From the NCBI GenBank assembly GCA_951406725.2, contig OX597828.1, forward strand, positions 34,162,001-34,226,000: a stretch of DNA of 64,000 nt, written 5' to 3'. This DNA comes from Octopus vulgaris (lineage: Eukaryota). Numbering within the stretch: position 1 is the stretch's first letter; each line of letters opens with the position of its first letter. The position numbers and the translations under genes are program-made. Positions 39,718 through 52,806 of the stretch are shown here, piece by piece. The notes below the pieces were generated by a model. It did no database searches and had not been told where the DNA came from. It was given only the letters and a program-made list of their open reading frames with translations.

Positions 39718-40944
39718 TATGACCAATGCCAGTGCCACCTGACTGGCTCCTGTGCCAGTGGCACATAAAAAGCACCCACTACACTGTCGGAGTGGTTGGC
39801 ATTAGGAAGGGCATCCAGCTGTAGAAACCTTACCAAATCAGACTGGGACCTGGTTGCGGCCTCCAGGCTTGCCAGTCCCCAGTCAAACCGTCCAACTCAT
39901 GCCAGCATGGAAAGATGATGTTAAATGACGATAATGAGATATATATGTATGTATGTGTATACACACACACACAAATATATAAACACAAAGGGGGCTTCCA
40001 CACAGTTTCCACCTACCAAATTCACTCACAATGTATTGCTTGGACTGGGCCAATAGAAGACCCTTGCCCAAGGTGCCATGCAGTGGGACTTGAAACCAAA
40101 ACCACAGTCAAGCCTTTGCCTATATGTGAAATTTTCATTCACAACACATTTGTAGTGGTATTGTTAGTAGTAATAGTAGTAGTAGCAGCAGCAAAGGCAT
40201 TAGTGGTGATAACAGTATTAGTGATAGCAGTGGTGGTGGTGGTGGTAGTAGTTATGGTGAGGGTAGCGGTGGTAGTACTTGTGGCAATAGTGATAGTAGC
40301 AGTAGTCCTGCTGTATGAGGAAACATCTAAACAAGCTCATATTTTCAGGAAGTAAATAGATGTTACTGCCTGAATTAGAGATGACACAAGGCCACCTCGG
40401 AGAAAGAAAAACAATGCGAACAGGAGGTATGTGTCAGTAAGGAGGTTAGGGTGGGGCCTTGACACTGTGTTCCTAAAAATAATCCTGTCCCTAAGCACAA
40501 AATTCCAGGTCACAGTCATCAGAGGGTTGTTATTATTATTGTTTTTGTTTAACCCTAGGTCAGTCCTGTCTAAGTAGATCTATGATCAAGAGCATTTCAG
40601 TTGAGACCAGATGCTGAGATGGCTGTGTGGTTAAGAAGCTTGCTTTACAACCACATGGTTTGGGGCTCAGTCCCACTGTGTGGGCCCTTGTGCAAGTGTC
40701 CGCAACTAGGGTCTCAGGCAAGCCTATGCTTTATGCATTAATATGGTCGATGGAAACTGTCTGGAAGCCCATTATATATATATGTATGCATGCATGTATG
40801 CATGTACGTATACACGCATGCGTGCACGTATATATGTATGCATGTATGAATGAATGTATGCATGCATGTACATATGCATGCATGTATGTACATATGCTTG
40901 AATGTATGTATGCATGTACATGAGTACATACATACGCATGTATG

Positions 40945-40989
<45 letters not shown>

Positions 40990-42191
40990 ACATGTATGTG
41001 TGAATGTATGTATGCATGTACATATGTACATACACATGTGCATATGTATGCGTCTGATAAGGGTACACCAGGCACATGCATCACAACCATATGTGCACAA
41101 CATGGAGATCTCATATCAAGATAAACAGCGCATGACCTTGCAGGTGGGGCCCAGTTAGAATTTTCTTCTAGTCGAGTAGCCCATCCCGTTTAAATGGTCC
41201 CTGAATAAGGATTGTTTAAGGATGTTGAACCAACCACCCATGTTTCCAAAGGTGAATTATCTAAACCTCGAAGAATTCCTTTCGATACATGGCTATGATG
41301 CTCCCCCACTACTTCTGCTCGTGGTGAGAGATGCACATATTGTCAGCCACCAAGGGACATGCTCAACTGGTTAAGGTCAAACAACTGACAAGCAAATCTG
41401 TGGTATTGAGCAGAATATTTGCTGTAGCCCATCTTTTATACCAAGAGAAAACAATGTACATGATAACACTTCCAATCAGTTAAGATTAGAAGCCATGAGA
41501 GCCACTGGCTGGTACTGCATCAGGGCAGGTTATTATTATTATTATTATTATTATACATACATGTATGCATGCATACATGTGTACGTACATAAATATGTAC
41601 ATACTTACATGCATACATGTGTACGTATATATGTACATACATACATGTATGTATGCATGTACATATATACGTACACATGTATGTATGCATGTATGTATGT
41701 ACATATTCATGTACGTACACATGTATGCATGCATACATGTATGTATGTGTCTTTTTGTTTCCTGCCGCACAACTGCTCAACAACCGGTTTTGGTTTGTTT
41801 ACATCCTCAAAACCTAGCAGTTTATAAAACAATAAGGTGTGATTGGAGGGAGAATTTGGTTGCTATTTCTAGCAGATTGAACGACCATGTAGAGGATCTC
41901 TCCCTGGGTCACGGTGTTAAGAGGTTGAGGTGGGAGGCAGGTCTCACCCCGGCATCTAAATCAAATGCACAGGATCAGCAGATCAAGCAGCTGGCAGAAG
42001 ATGACGACTGCCTAAGCTGCCAACAAAGAACCACAACAACAACAACAAGTAGTAGTAGTAGTAGTAGTAGTAAAAGACCAGAGGTCAAATTTGTCTTGGA
42101 TCTTTCCAGGAGTCAATAAAATCAATTTCCAATTAAGTACTGGGATTCATGAAATAAGGGAACAGAAAATTATTATTATCATTATTATTAT

Positions 42192-42470
42192 CACAGGTGC
42201 CAGATGAGGCTGGCAAATGGCCGCGATCGGATGGTAAAAAGCACCATCCGATCGTGGCCGTTTGCCAGCCTCGTCTGGCACCTGTGCCGTGGCATGTAAA
42301 AAGCACCCACTACACTCACAGAGTGGTTGGCGTTAGGAAGGGCATCCAGCTGTAGAAACATTGCCAGATCAGACTGGGCCTGGTGCAGCCTTCTGGCTTC
42401 CAAGATCCCAGTTGAACCGTCCAACCCATGCTAGCATGGAAAGCGGACGCTAAACGATGATGATGATGAT
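42192..42470 (+). mobile_element. Repeat module ending in (GAT)n, probably an RTE-type 3' tail, with a 5' inverted duplication. Others at about 25035-25300, 27510-27720(-), 28975-29175, 39720-39935, 56285-56905(-) and 59915-60190(-)
   Basis: Shared ggagtggttggcgttaggaagggcatccagctgtagaaac...ccaacccatgctagcatggaaa followed by (GAT)n. Confidence 0.8.
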
Positions 42471-43280
42471 CACATACACACACACACATATATATACGCA
42501 CACAGAGACACATACACATATATATATATATACATACATATATATACATACACACATACACCACACGCATCTATGTTGCACTCATTAATGGGTGCAGCTG
42601 ATTATTGTCAACTGTACAAAGACGTAATGTATGAAGAAATATTTTGGTTGAGACAACCATCACACGTCTTGTGCACGTGAAGAACATTGCATTTTTGCAT
42701 GAAAACACTACAAACACACACATGTCTGCATGCATGCGTGTATATGTATACGAAATACAAAATTGAAAATGTCCAGTCCAACTGACGCAAACACGGAAAA
42801 AGTGAACTTAAAATAACTATGATGATAATCAAGTGTCAAACGGTTTATGATGAGTAAAAATTAGCCGATTCATCTTTATAGGAGTTGACACAAATAAAAG
42901 AGAAACTAAAAAATAAACACACACTCACATGCATTTATGCATACATACATACGCATGTGTGTGTGTGTGTGTGTGTGGGTGTGGGTGTGCTTAATCACAT
43001 TACAAAATCAACCTCACAATAGATTGCTCCTTCTTGTAGATGGAAGGCAACACTTGACAGAAACGGATACAACTTATTCAATCATGAAGTAGCTTCACTG
43101 TCAGAATATTTCCTAGCATTTTAAACATATTACAGACATGTGACATGACAGGACAGACGTAGACATGGAACACAAAAACAACCCCCCCCCCACCCGAAAA
43201 AAATACAGTATTTAAACACTGCAAATAACATTGCTAATACAAGGTAGATCTGGGCAAGGCTATGTAAATAGGCCAAGGAT

Positions 43281-43866
43281 ATTCTTTTCTACTCGAGGCA
43301 AAAAAACCTGAAATTTTGTGGAGAAGGGGCCAGTCGACTAGATTGACTCTAACATACAACTGGTATTTAATTTATTGACCCCCGAAAAGATGAAAGGCAA
43401 AGTCAACATCAGTGGAATTTGAATTCAGAACGTAAAGACTGATGAAATACCTATTTCTTTACTACTCACAAGGGGCTTAACACAGAGGGGACAAACATGG
43501 ACAGACACACGGATTAAGTCGATTATATCGACCCCAGTGCGTAACTGGTACTTATTTAATTGACCCCGAAAGGATGAAAGGCAAAGTCGACCTCGGTGAT
43601 ATTTGAACTCAGAACGTAACGGCACACGGAATACCTATTTCTTTACTACCTACAAGGGGCTACACACAGAGAGGACAAACATGGACAGACACACGGATTA
43701 AGTTGATTATATCGACCCCAGTGCGTAACTGGTACTTATTTAATTGACCCCGAAAGGATGAAAGGCAAAGTCGACCTCGGTGGAATTTGAACTCAGAACG
43801 TAGCGGCAGACGAAATACCGCTAAGCATTTCGCCCGGCATGCTAACGTTTCTGCCAGCTCGCCACC
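43281..43866 (-). mobile_element. Nested SINE-B array: two 184-bp units with a Tx1-like tail (43452-43635, 43636-43819) within a SINE-B copy
   Basis: On the minus strand both units start ggtatt and end agccccttgtRRgtagtaaagaaata. The remainder (43281-43451) carries the ordinary SINE-B tail. Confidence 0.85.
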
Positions 43867-45010
43867 AATAATTTTGAGGGAGAAGGGGGGGGGGGAGAGG
43901 TTGGAGATAGAAACCATCCAGTGAGTGACAAGAAAGTGCCATGTGATATTTAGTTATATAATCTTATGTTCTGTGTTCAAGTCCCATTGAGGGAGGCACA
44001 AGCTGTATGATGGAGAATTTTGCTTCCACACCTCATGGTTCTGGTATCAATCCTACTGCATGGCACCTTGGGGGGGGGGGGGTCAAGTGTGTTCTACTAT
44101 ACTGCCAACTGAATGGATTTGGTAAATGAAAACTGAAAGAAGCCTGTCTTATATATATTTGTGTGTGCGTGTGTGTGCGCATGCGCACATATGGGCATGT
44201 GTGTGTGTGTGTTTGCATGAATGCGTGTACGTGTGCATGTGTGCACATGTGTATGTGTGTGTGCATGGTGAGTGTGTGTGTTTGTGTCTCCTTCTTTTGA
44301 AATCATGTGATAATTGGAAACAAACGAGCGTCACCATCGTACAAGCAGTGTCGCTCATTTCCAATCTTCCATGGAAACATGTCTGGCCATGTAGAAGCAT
44401 TACTTTGCTTACAAATAAGTGAAGGTTGGGAACAGGGAGGGCATCCGGCTGTAGAAAATCAATAAGCCTCAACAAACTCTGTCCAACCCACCATGCAAGC
44501 ATGGAAAAGAAGACGTTAAAGTGATGGTGATGGTGACAATGATTTTGCATTTTCTTCATCCTGGAACCAATAAGATAAGTACGTATCAGTCAAGTGTTAC
44601 AATTAATGTAATTAACGATGTCATCTCTCTCAAATATGAGGCCTTGTGTTGACATTAGAAACGTTGTTGTTAGTTTTGGTAAATTGGTGCAGTTGTGGAC
44701 GTGTCTGAAAAAATACCATGTTTCCAAAGGTGAATTATCCAAACCTCTAAGAATTCCTCTCAACACATGGCTATGATGCTCCCCAACTACTTCTGCTCAT
44801 GATCAGAGATGCACATATCGTCAACCACTAAGGCACATGCTCAACTGGTTAAGGTCAAACAACTAACAAGCAAATCTGTGGTATTGAGCAGAAAATTTGC
44901 TGTAGCCCATCTTTTATACCAAGACAATGTACATGATAACACTTCCATTCGGTTAAAATGAGAAGCCACGAGAGCCACTGTCTGGTACTGCATCAGGGCA
45001 TTATATTATT

Positions 45011-45043
<33 letters not shown>

Positions 45044-45260
45044 GTCATTGTATTGGGCCAATATACAACCATTATGTGAACCACACAACTGCACAGACAC
45101 ACCTCTTTGTACTACAATCCATACGACAATGGATGAATGAAATTATGCAATTCATTCTGAGAGTGTAGTGGTGGAGAGGATGGTGGTTATGCTTGCAGTA
45201 ATGATGGTGGTGGTGGTGGTGGTGGTAGTGTTGGTGGTCATGACTAAAAATGCTTCTTAG

Positions 45261-45480
45261 CCCTTTAGCATTCAGATGAATCCATCAAATGCAATGCCTG
45301 TGTATTCATGTTGTTTTGAATCAATCATTTATTACTTTGCAGCTTCACAATTTCAGTGACGTGGTTATTTACGTTTAGAAATACATTGTGAGGTAGGCCC
45401 GAGAGGCTGGATCTGGCCAGATTCAAGATAAAACAGGTAAATATTTAGGTTGGAAGTAGCCGGTTTAAATGCTAAAAGGG
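45261..45480. mobile_element. piggyBac-type MITE, second subfamily
   Basis: TIRs CCCTTTAGCATT / AATGCTAAAAGGG with degenerate TTAA flanks; a related fragment lies at about 3660-3775. Confidence 0.65.
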
Positions 45481-46994
45481 TTGAAGTTTTCCCTTCGACA
45501 TTTCAATCCACAGGCACCATGCAAAGGTGTTAGGGGTAGGGTAAATAAAGACACGTTATTGGGGTTGTCTAGGGACAGAATGGCTAAACTTTGTCAGGTA
45601 TGCACTTATTAGACACAAAGTGAAGGAGGAGAAGTGAGAGGAGAGGAATCCATTGTTGCATCCTGTACATTATGCAACACTGCACTGCAGACGTACACTT
45701 GCAGCCAAGTTGCACAAATATGTGCAAAAGCAGTACTATATGAAATGAGGTTAAATATAAGATGTTGTTGCAGTTGACATTATTGTGATTATTTAGCCCC
45801 AGGTCAGTTCTGATTCAAAAGATCTTTGATCAAAGGTATTCTAGCCATGACCATCTATTTCCGAGAGTGCTATACATCCTGGGGCATATTGCCCGGTGTG
45901 TCTTTTTGTAAGATGATAAGGTGTCATTTGAATGAGATCTGGCTCCCTCATTAGCTCCAAATTTAAGATGTAATATTTAATTATTGAAGCAATAACTGAT
46001 TACTAATTGGTAATTAACAGTAATGTAAGATTAATATGTTTAACAAGGCACAACCCTGCACCCGCCAAAAAATCTCTTCAGGGTAGGGTTGATTAAATCA
46101 ATCCTAGTATTTGACTGGTACATTATTTTATTGACAGCTTCAGAAAAACCATCCCAGCCATGCCAGTATGGGGAAAATGAACATAAAACACTAATGACGA
46201 TGATGATGATTGCATCCTATCATTTCTTACAAATACCCAGGTAAAACAGATGGCGATGTAAGGTAGAGGGTACTCTTCAATGTTATTAGAGAGACAACAA
46301 CTCTATATGTGTGTGTGTGTGTGTTTGTTCCACCATCTCTTGACAACTGGTGTTGGTGTGCTTACATCCCTGTAACCTAGTAGTTCAGCAAAGAGAGACT
46401 GATAGAATATGTACCAGGCTTTAAAAAAACAAAAAAAAGCACTGGGGTCGATTCATTCACCTAAAAATTCTTCAAAGTGGTGCTCCAGCATGGCCGCAGT
46501 CTAATGACTGAAAGGATACAATTACATTCTCCAATGTCTTCTTTTTTTTTAAGCTGGTAGGGTGAGGAGAATTGGGGTTGGGAGACTTGGCTGCTATTTC
46601 TAGCAGAGTGTGTGACCACATGGAAGCTCTTCCATTGACTTGTCCATGTTTATTAAGTCAATGCAAATAATAATAATAATAATAATAACACACAAGCATA
46701 TATGCACACACTGTGTCCCAAGGCTCTAGCAGGTTCTCAAACATAAAACTGAACAAATGCCACCTAAAAATAAACAGATGCACACATGAATGCACACAAC
46801 ACACACTGTATACCACAGCTCTATTTGGTTCCTGGATATAAAACTTGTTTGAGTGCTACCTTACTTATGCAATATCTTAACCTGGGTTGCAAGAGTATGT
46901 GAATGCAGGTATTTCTGTGCACCATTTTGAGTGTAATAGCTGAACATGACACAATGGGATGTGGGGTGAATGGGCAGGTAAGTAAAAAGATACA

Positions 46995-47271
46995 CAGGCA
47001 TACAGGTAAGACAGACAGACAGACAGAGATAAATATGTAGGTAGAAAAGTACATAGATAGACAGGTAGGGAGACAAGTTGATAGACATATAGATAAGTAG
47101 ATAGATAGATAGGTAGGTAGGTAGGTAGGTAGGTAGGAAGATAGATAGATGGATAGATAGATAGATGGATAGATAGATAGATAGGTAGATAGATAGGTAG
47201 ATAGATAGACGGACAGACGGACGGACGGACGGACGGACGGACGGACGGACGGACGGACGGACGGACGGACG

Positions 47272-47302
<31 letters not shown>

Positions 47303-47437
47303 AGATATGTAGATAGATAGGTAGATAGATAGATAGATAGATAGGTAGATAGATAGGTAGATAGATAGGTAGATAGATAGGTAGATAGGTAGGTAGATAG
47401 ATAGATAGGTAGATAGGTAGGTAGATAGATATAGATA
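46995..47437. repeat. Compound tetranucleotide microsatellite (GATA/GGTA/GACG/GACA), continuing at 49288-49470
   Basis: Direct reading. Confidence 0.97.
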
Positions 47438-49287
47438 TGTTTCTTTATTAGCCACACAGGGCTGCACACAGATAGAACAAATTACAAGGTAGAGATTTTC
47501 TTTTGAAGGTTTAAGAAAAAAAAAAAAAAAAAAAAAAGGAAGGGGGAGTTTCGATCAAAAGGGATCGTAAAAGGAGAGAAAGAGGACAAAAAAAGGGGGG
47601 GTTAAAAAAAAAGGGGGAGGAAAAAAATTGATCAATAGGGATCGTTAACACAGAAATGTCAATATGAAGTGTAAAGGGGAGGACAGGTGAGGTTTACCCG
47701 TGCAAAGAAAAGCCTACGGAAAAGACCACGGTAACCTCGGTCAATGATGTCACATTTTATATTTCTTTTTTTTTTTTTTTGCAAATAAGCAACTCTCTGT
47801 TTTCGATTTCTGGGTTCATAGGACTATGCTCAAGGTGGCTTCGTCATTCATACGTGCCATTCTTGCTACATTCACCCATCTTTTTTTAAAACATTCGCTA
47901 GACAAAACTTGCCTCTCTACTCTCACTTTCCTTTTCAAGTGGTACTTGAAGAAGTTGATGAGAGATTGACCAGAGAGGAAAGTGTTTGTCTCCAATCCTT
48001 TCAGACGCGTCCACCAGATACATTCTTTCGCCATAGCCACAAGGATGATGAAAATAGCTCTTCCTTCCCGTTTGAAGGAAGGAGGCGTGACAATATTGAC
48101 GATAGACTCAGCTGATAAACCGACTCGTCCCACACGTGACAGCAGTTGTTCGACATAAGCCCACAGGTCGGAAATTGTTGGACACTGAACGAGTGCGTGC
48201 AGAACGGTTTCGTCGCTCTGACCGCATCTCGGGCAGGTCGGCCCCGTGTTTCTCGAGCCGTGTCTGTAGAGCTTATCCCGAACGGGTAGCGCTTCTCGGT
48301 AGCACTGCCAGGCCAGGGATCTCTGGAAGTTGTCCATGGGCCCTGGCCCGAAAGTCGTCCTGAACAGGCGGGTCAGGTACTCCTCGTCGACGTCCAGGTT
48401 CGCCCCGAGCTCGTCGTCGTACCTCCCCTCCACTAAACCCCTATAGAATGCTTTGCTTGTGTTGAAGTCACTTAAGGTCGACCCAGGACGGCAGAGTTGC
48501 TTGAGAGCAACGCGACACTCGCGGTGCCATTCGCCCTTCCTCGGCCTCTTTTTGATCCACGACTGCAGTTCGGTCATGGAGACGAGCTGCGGGAAAGCGT
48601 GCCTCACAAACGGCGACCACACCTGTTCACCGTCGTCTACATAGAGCCAGAGATGCCGCAGTCTCAGCGCGTGTCTGCGCATCATCAACCACGGCATGCC
48701 CAGCCCTCCTTTTAACGGGTGTTGACAGCAAATGGATCGCCTGACCATCGGGACGCATCCTTTCCACAAGAAGCGAAAGAGGATGCGTTGTAGTTTGGTG
48801 ATGGTAGGGTCGGGACAAGGTACGACGGTCAGGCGGTAGTAGATGACGGACGCGATGTACGTGTTCGCCACCTCCGCTCGACCTTTTAGGGACAGTTTCC
48901 TCTCGGCCGATTGCCGGGCGAGAGTGACCACCCTACTCGTTATCTCGTTCCAGTTCTTCTCCACTTGGAGGTCCGGACCAAACCAGACCCCGAGCAACTC
49001 AACCGGGCCGTCGGTCCAGCGTCCCACGACGGAGGCGCTGGTGGACGGCATGGGCTTGCTTCTCCAGGTGCCTAGTCGCAAGCCCACTGACTTTTCCCGG
49101 TTGATTTTCGCTCCTGTCACCGCTTCGTAGTTTTTCAGTGTCTCGCCGACCAGCTCGATGTGCTCGTGGCTAGACACTATGACGGTGACGTCGTCCGCGT
49201 ATGCAGACACGCTCGTCCCGCATCCCAATTCTCGCGGGATGCCCCTTAGAGTCGCCAGCTTCCGCAGTAGTGGCTCAAGAGTCAAGA
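47438..49287 (-). mobile_element. 5'-truncated Tx1/L1-group non-LTR retrotransposon in a (TATC)n compound microsatellite, with a 28-bp TSD
   Basis: TSD tagataggtaggtagatagatatagata at 47410-47437 and 49288-49315. The 3' UTR ends AATAAAgaaac. Confidence 0.9.
47816..49285 (-). CDS. Tx1-like ORF2, C-terminal half (RT YADD motif, thumb, CCHC zinc finger); uninterrupted but 5'-truncated
   Basis: [38 protein letters not shown] and [18 protein letters not shown]; 489 codons without a stop. Confidence 0.9.
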   Translation of the reverse strand: MTLEPLLRKLATLRGIPRELGCGTSVSAYADDVTVIVSSHEHIELVGETLKNYEAVTGAKINREKSVGLRLGTWRSKPMPSTSASVVGRWTDGPVELLGVWFGPDLQVEKNWNEITSRVVTLARQSAERKLSLKGRAEVANTYIASVIYYRLTVVPCPDPTITKLQRILFRFLWKGCVPMVRRSICCQHPLKGGLGMPWLMMRRHALRLRHLWLYVDDGEQVWSPFVRHAFPQLVSMTELQSWIKKRPRKGEWHRECRVALKQLCRPGSTLSDFNTSKAFYRGLVEGRYDDELGANLDVDEEYLTRLFRTTFGPGPMDNFQRSLAWQCYREALPVRDKLYRHGSRNTGPTCPRCGQSDETVLHALVQCPTISDLWAYVEQLLSRVGRVGLSAESIVNIVTPPSFKREGRAIFIILVAMAKECIWWTRLKGLETNTFLSGQSLINFFKYHLKRKVRVERQVLSSECFKKRWVNVARMARMNDEATLSIVL

Positions 49288-49325
49288 TAGATAGGTAGGT
49301 AGATAGATATAGATAGATAGGTAGG

Positions 49326-49385
<60 letters not shown>

Positions 49386-51464
49386 CGGACGGACGGACAG
49401 ACAGACAGACAGACAGACAGATAGATAGATAGATAGATAGATAGATAAAAGGGTAGGTAGGTAGGTAGACAAATAAGAAGATAAAATCATCAGAGCTTGC
49501 GATATGTAAAAGATGCTTATTCTAGAAGAAGCTTTTCCTGGACAAAACATCTTGCAAGTTGAGAGAGAGAGAACATTCCCAGGATCCCACTCAAATAAGC
49601 CTCTTCAGATTGAACCGAGATTTCCTATTCCTGGTGGATGACCCCTTTGCACCACTCAAGTGACAGTCCTCCAACTCAACCTGTCCTCCATGGATTTCTC
49701 TGTTTGGCAGATGGGGGTCCCATCAACTTTGCCTTGGTCACTTCATGCAATGTGCCTTATAGGCAGTTGAGGCATTTTCCCTAATGAGAATTTTAGGGGT
49801 TTGCACAAGAGGCTGTTGCTGGTGAGGCTTTTACAAGGACAGAGAGCAGATCCTACCTTGTCCTCTTTTAACTGTCTTCTTTGATACAGAGGGGATGCTG
49901 GGTCAATCCTTTGATGTGCCAGTCCCTACAGAGCATGTGATAGTTGAAAAATGTGCATCATCATCATCATCATCATACAAAAAGGTTTGCTTGTTTTCTG
50001 TTTTTCGTGAACAACATATCTGGCCACAAGGAAATATTGCCTTGCTCTGTTACAGGTGAGAATTGGCAACAGGAAGAGCATCCGGCTGTAGAATATCTGC
50101 CTCAGCAAATTCAGGGTGATACATGCAAACATGGAGAACATGGATATTAAATGATGAAGATGTGAATGCATAAGTGTGTGTGTGTGTGTGTATCTGCAAT
50201 AATTTGTACGAGAGTTGTAGTGGAAGGTGTTGTTGTTGTTGCTCGTTATTGCCAGGTCACTTTGAAACTGTGTGCAATAAAAGATCCCTTGATTGAAAAA
50301 CAGTTAAGGCTCAGTTCCAGAGCATCCATCTGTAAAACAACACCTCAAATAACATATTCTTCCAACCCATGCAAACATGGAAAAACAGATATAACAGACA
50401 AATTGTGTGTGCGTGCGTGTCCTTTATACTTATTTTGCGCGTGTTTCATTCATTGGACTGCAGCCATGCCGGGATACCACACTGGAGGGTTTAGTTGAAC
50501 AAACTGTCCCAAGGACTTACTTTTGTAGTCTAGTACTCATTCTATCGGTCTTTCTGCCGAACCGCTAAGTTACAAGGACGTAAACAAACCAACAGCGGTT
50601 GTCAAGCAGTGAAGGGCACAAACACAAAGATATACATGCAAACACATAAAGACGTACGAAAGGCTTCTCACAGTTTCCATCTACCAAACCCACTAATAAG
50701 TCATTGGTCAGTCCAGGGCTGTAGGCTATGGTAAAAAGACACTTGCCTAAGGTGCCACGCAGTGTGACTGAACCCGAGACCACATGGTTGCAAAGCAAGG
50801 CTTCTTAACCACACCTGTGTCTATATAAAGCTAATAGGCTCATTTACTCCAGTGAGAATAAATACGTATTTTGACAGCTGGGGATGGAGATCCAGATGAC
50901 CTGTTTTATTTTCATTTCGCAACTCATCGGGTTTCACTCACATTTCCCTCCCATGCAGACGACATGTAATGAAAATCTCTCGATTAAAACAAACAAGTAC
51001 GTGCTTGAGCATAAACTCACACTGCGTAATGATACAAGGGTGACAGCGAAGATAGGGGACGTGAAAAGGCTGCAAAGAAATGAAGCAAGCATGCCCAGCT
51101 GGATGCATTACGCCGGGGAGTATAAAGGATGAGACAGACGAATTGCGAGAAGAGATAGGTTTAAGCGGAATCAAAAGTAGAGTCGGGAAATCCAAGTGGA
51201 AAGGGGGAACAGTGGGTAAGCTGGAAGAAAGTACTTGAAAGCTGATCTTGGAAGGATGTACTTCATGAAATAGACAACAAACGAATGCAACAACAGGCAG
51301 GACAGTGTCTTGGATAGGATCCAGCCAAACCACAAAACCATAGAAAAATGTATGTAGGAACGATGAGCTTACAGAGTTCACAGTTTGACATAAATTATGA
51401 GTTTTAAGACAGAAGGGATTATATAAACATATACATAGGGGCATACACATATACTATATATGTA

Positions 51465-51511
<47 letters not shown>

Positions 51512-51552
51512 ACATACATATATATGTAGTGAGGTAACCGTATTTTATATAT

Positions 51553-51773
51553 ATGGTCGCCTATTACATAGATTATTCTATGAAAAACATACCAATACCA
51601 TCAAGGGAACTATATTCAAAGAAACTTTTAGAGAAAATTACTGATCTAATTAAGTGCATGAGATGGAAAGCTTTCGTTTTTTAATACAGAAGTGGACACC
51701 ATGGAAAATACTTTCTATCGTATAAAATCTAAAAAATTCCCTCCCAAGATCAAAGGCTTGGAAGATTTCGAAC

Positions 51774-51775
<2 letters not shown>
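51553..51775 (+). mobile_element. Penelope-like element ORF, N-terminal fragment
   Basis: YSMKNIPIPSRELYSKKLLEKITDLIKCMRWKAF, then a frameshift to FYRIKSKKFPPKIKGLEDFE; this resembles the conserved PLE N-terminus. Confidence 0.65.
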
Positions 51776-51822
<47 letters not shown>

Positions 51823-51828
<6 letters not shown>

Positions 51829-51935
51829 AAGGAGCTTCTACAGGACTAGAAGTGTTTCATTCAAATGAAATCATCAGGAACTGATGATTTCATTTGAATG
51901 AAACAGTTCTAGTCCTGTAGAAGCTCCTTCTATAA
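51823..51935. repeat. Near-perfect palindrome (55-bp arms, 3-nt loop, 1 mismatch) containing hammerhead-like core boxes
   Basis: 51823-51877 is the reverse complement of 51881-51935. Confidence 0.95.
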
Positions 51936-52007
51936 AATAAATTAATTTACTCTGCTATGTATTGAGTACCTTATTTACTGTGGTTAACCCCGACTCAACC
52001 CGGGACC

Positions 52008-52041
<34 letters not shown>

Positions 52042-52050
52042 GGTAAGCGC

Positions 52051-52100
<50 letters not shown>

Positions 52101-52770
52101 CAGATCGACAGATAGATAGATATGGTGATGCAAAGAGGCAAAATAGAACTCAAAATATGAGTATATGTATATTTCTATTAATATTTAGCGGAAGCAACAG
52201 AGTGACTCAAAATATGAGAATTTTGTGCGTTGAGAATGAGAGAGGGGGAATGATAAATCGCGCCCAATACACTGTAAAGTTGCTGACGTTAAGGCCGGCA
52301 TCCGATTTGATTATAGTGACCAAGACAATAGTTGGTTGCGTGAGCGAGACATGATCTTAAACCCGCCTAAGGGTGTAATAACTCCAAATAAGAACGGACT
52401 CTGACTGTGACCGTCTTTTTAACCCATTCCATCAAAGGAAACAAGACTTAAAACGATGACGTTTCTGGATATATATTGTTATTGTTACTAGGTCTAACTC
52501 ATCGCAAAGCAAATGCCAACGATGAGTGATATCCAGGCTACAATGGAGAAGGCAAGCCTCTGGATTCGGTTAAAAAGAGGCAATAGGATGGAAGAATATT
52601 GGGCGAAACCTAATAACCAGATGATCTAGCTAGCAAGCAGGGTCACATCTCAGGTGGTGCCCCAATAATGCCGTCGGGAGGAAGGCCTCGAAACGGCGTG
52701 CGTGCTCTCCTGATGACCCCATAAGCTTGCAAGCATCCAGTATGCAGAGCTTTTGACTGGTAGCACTTGC

Positions 52771-52806
<36 letters not shown>

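Noticed and set aside
46821-47469. About 200-aa ORFs (YLSI/VRPS repeats)
   Set aside because: Tetranucleotide microsatellite translation.
49500-49930. Possible ORF1/5' part of the adjacent Tx1 element
   Set aside because: Lies outside the 28-bp TSD and is far more decayed; at most an unrelated old LINE relic.
52680-52740. Type II hammerhead from CGAAAC...CTGATGA
   Set aside because: No valid NUH triplet or stem pairing between the boxes.
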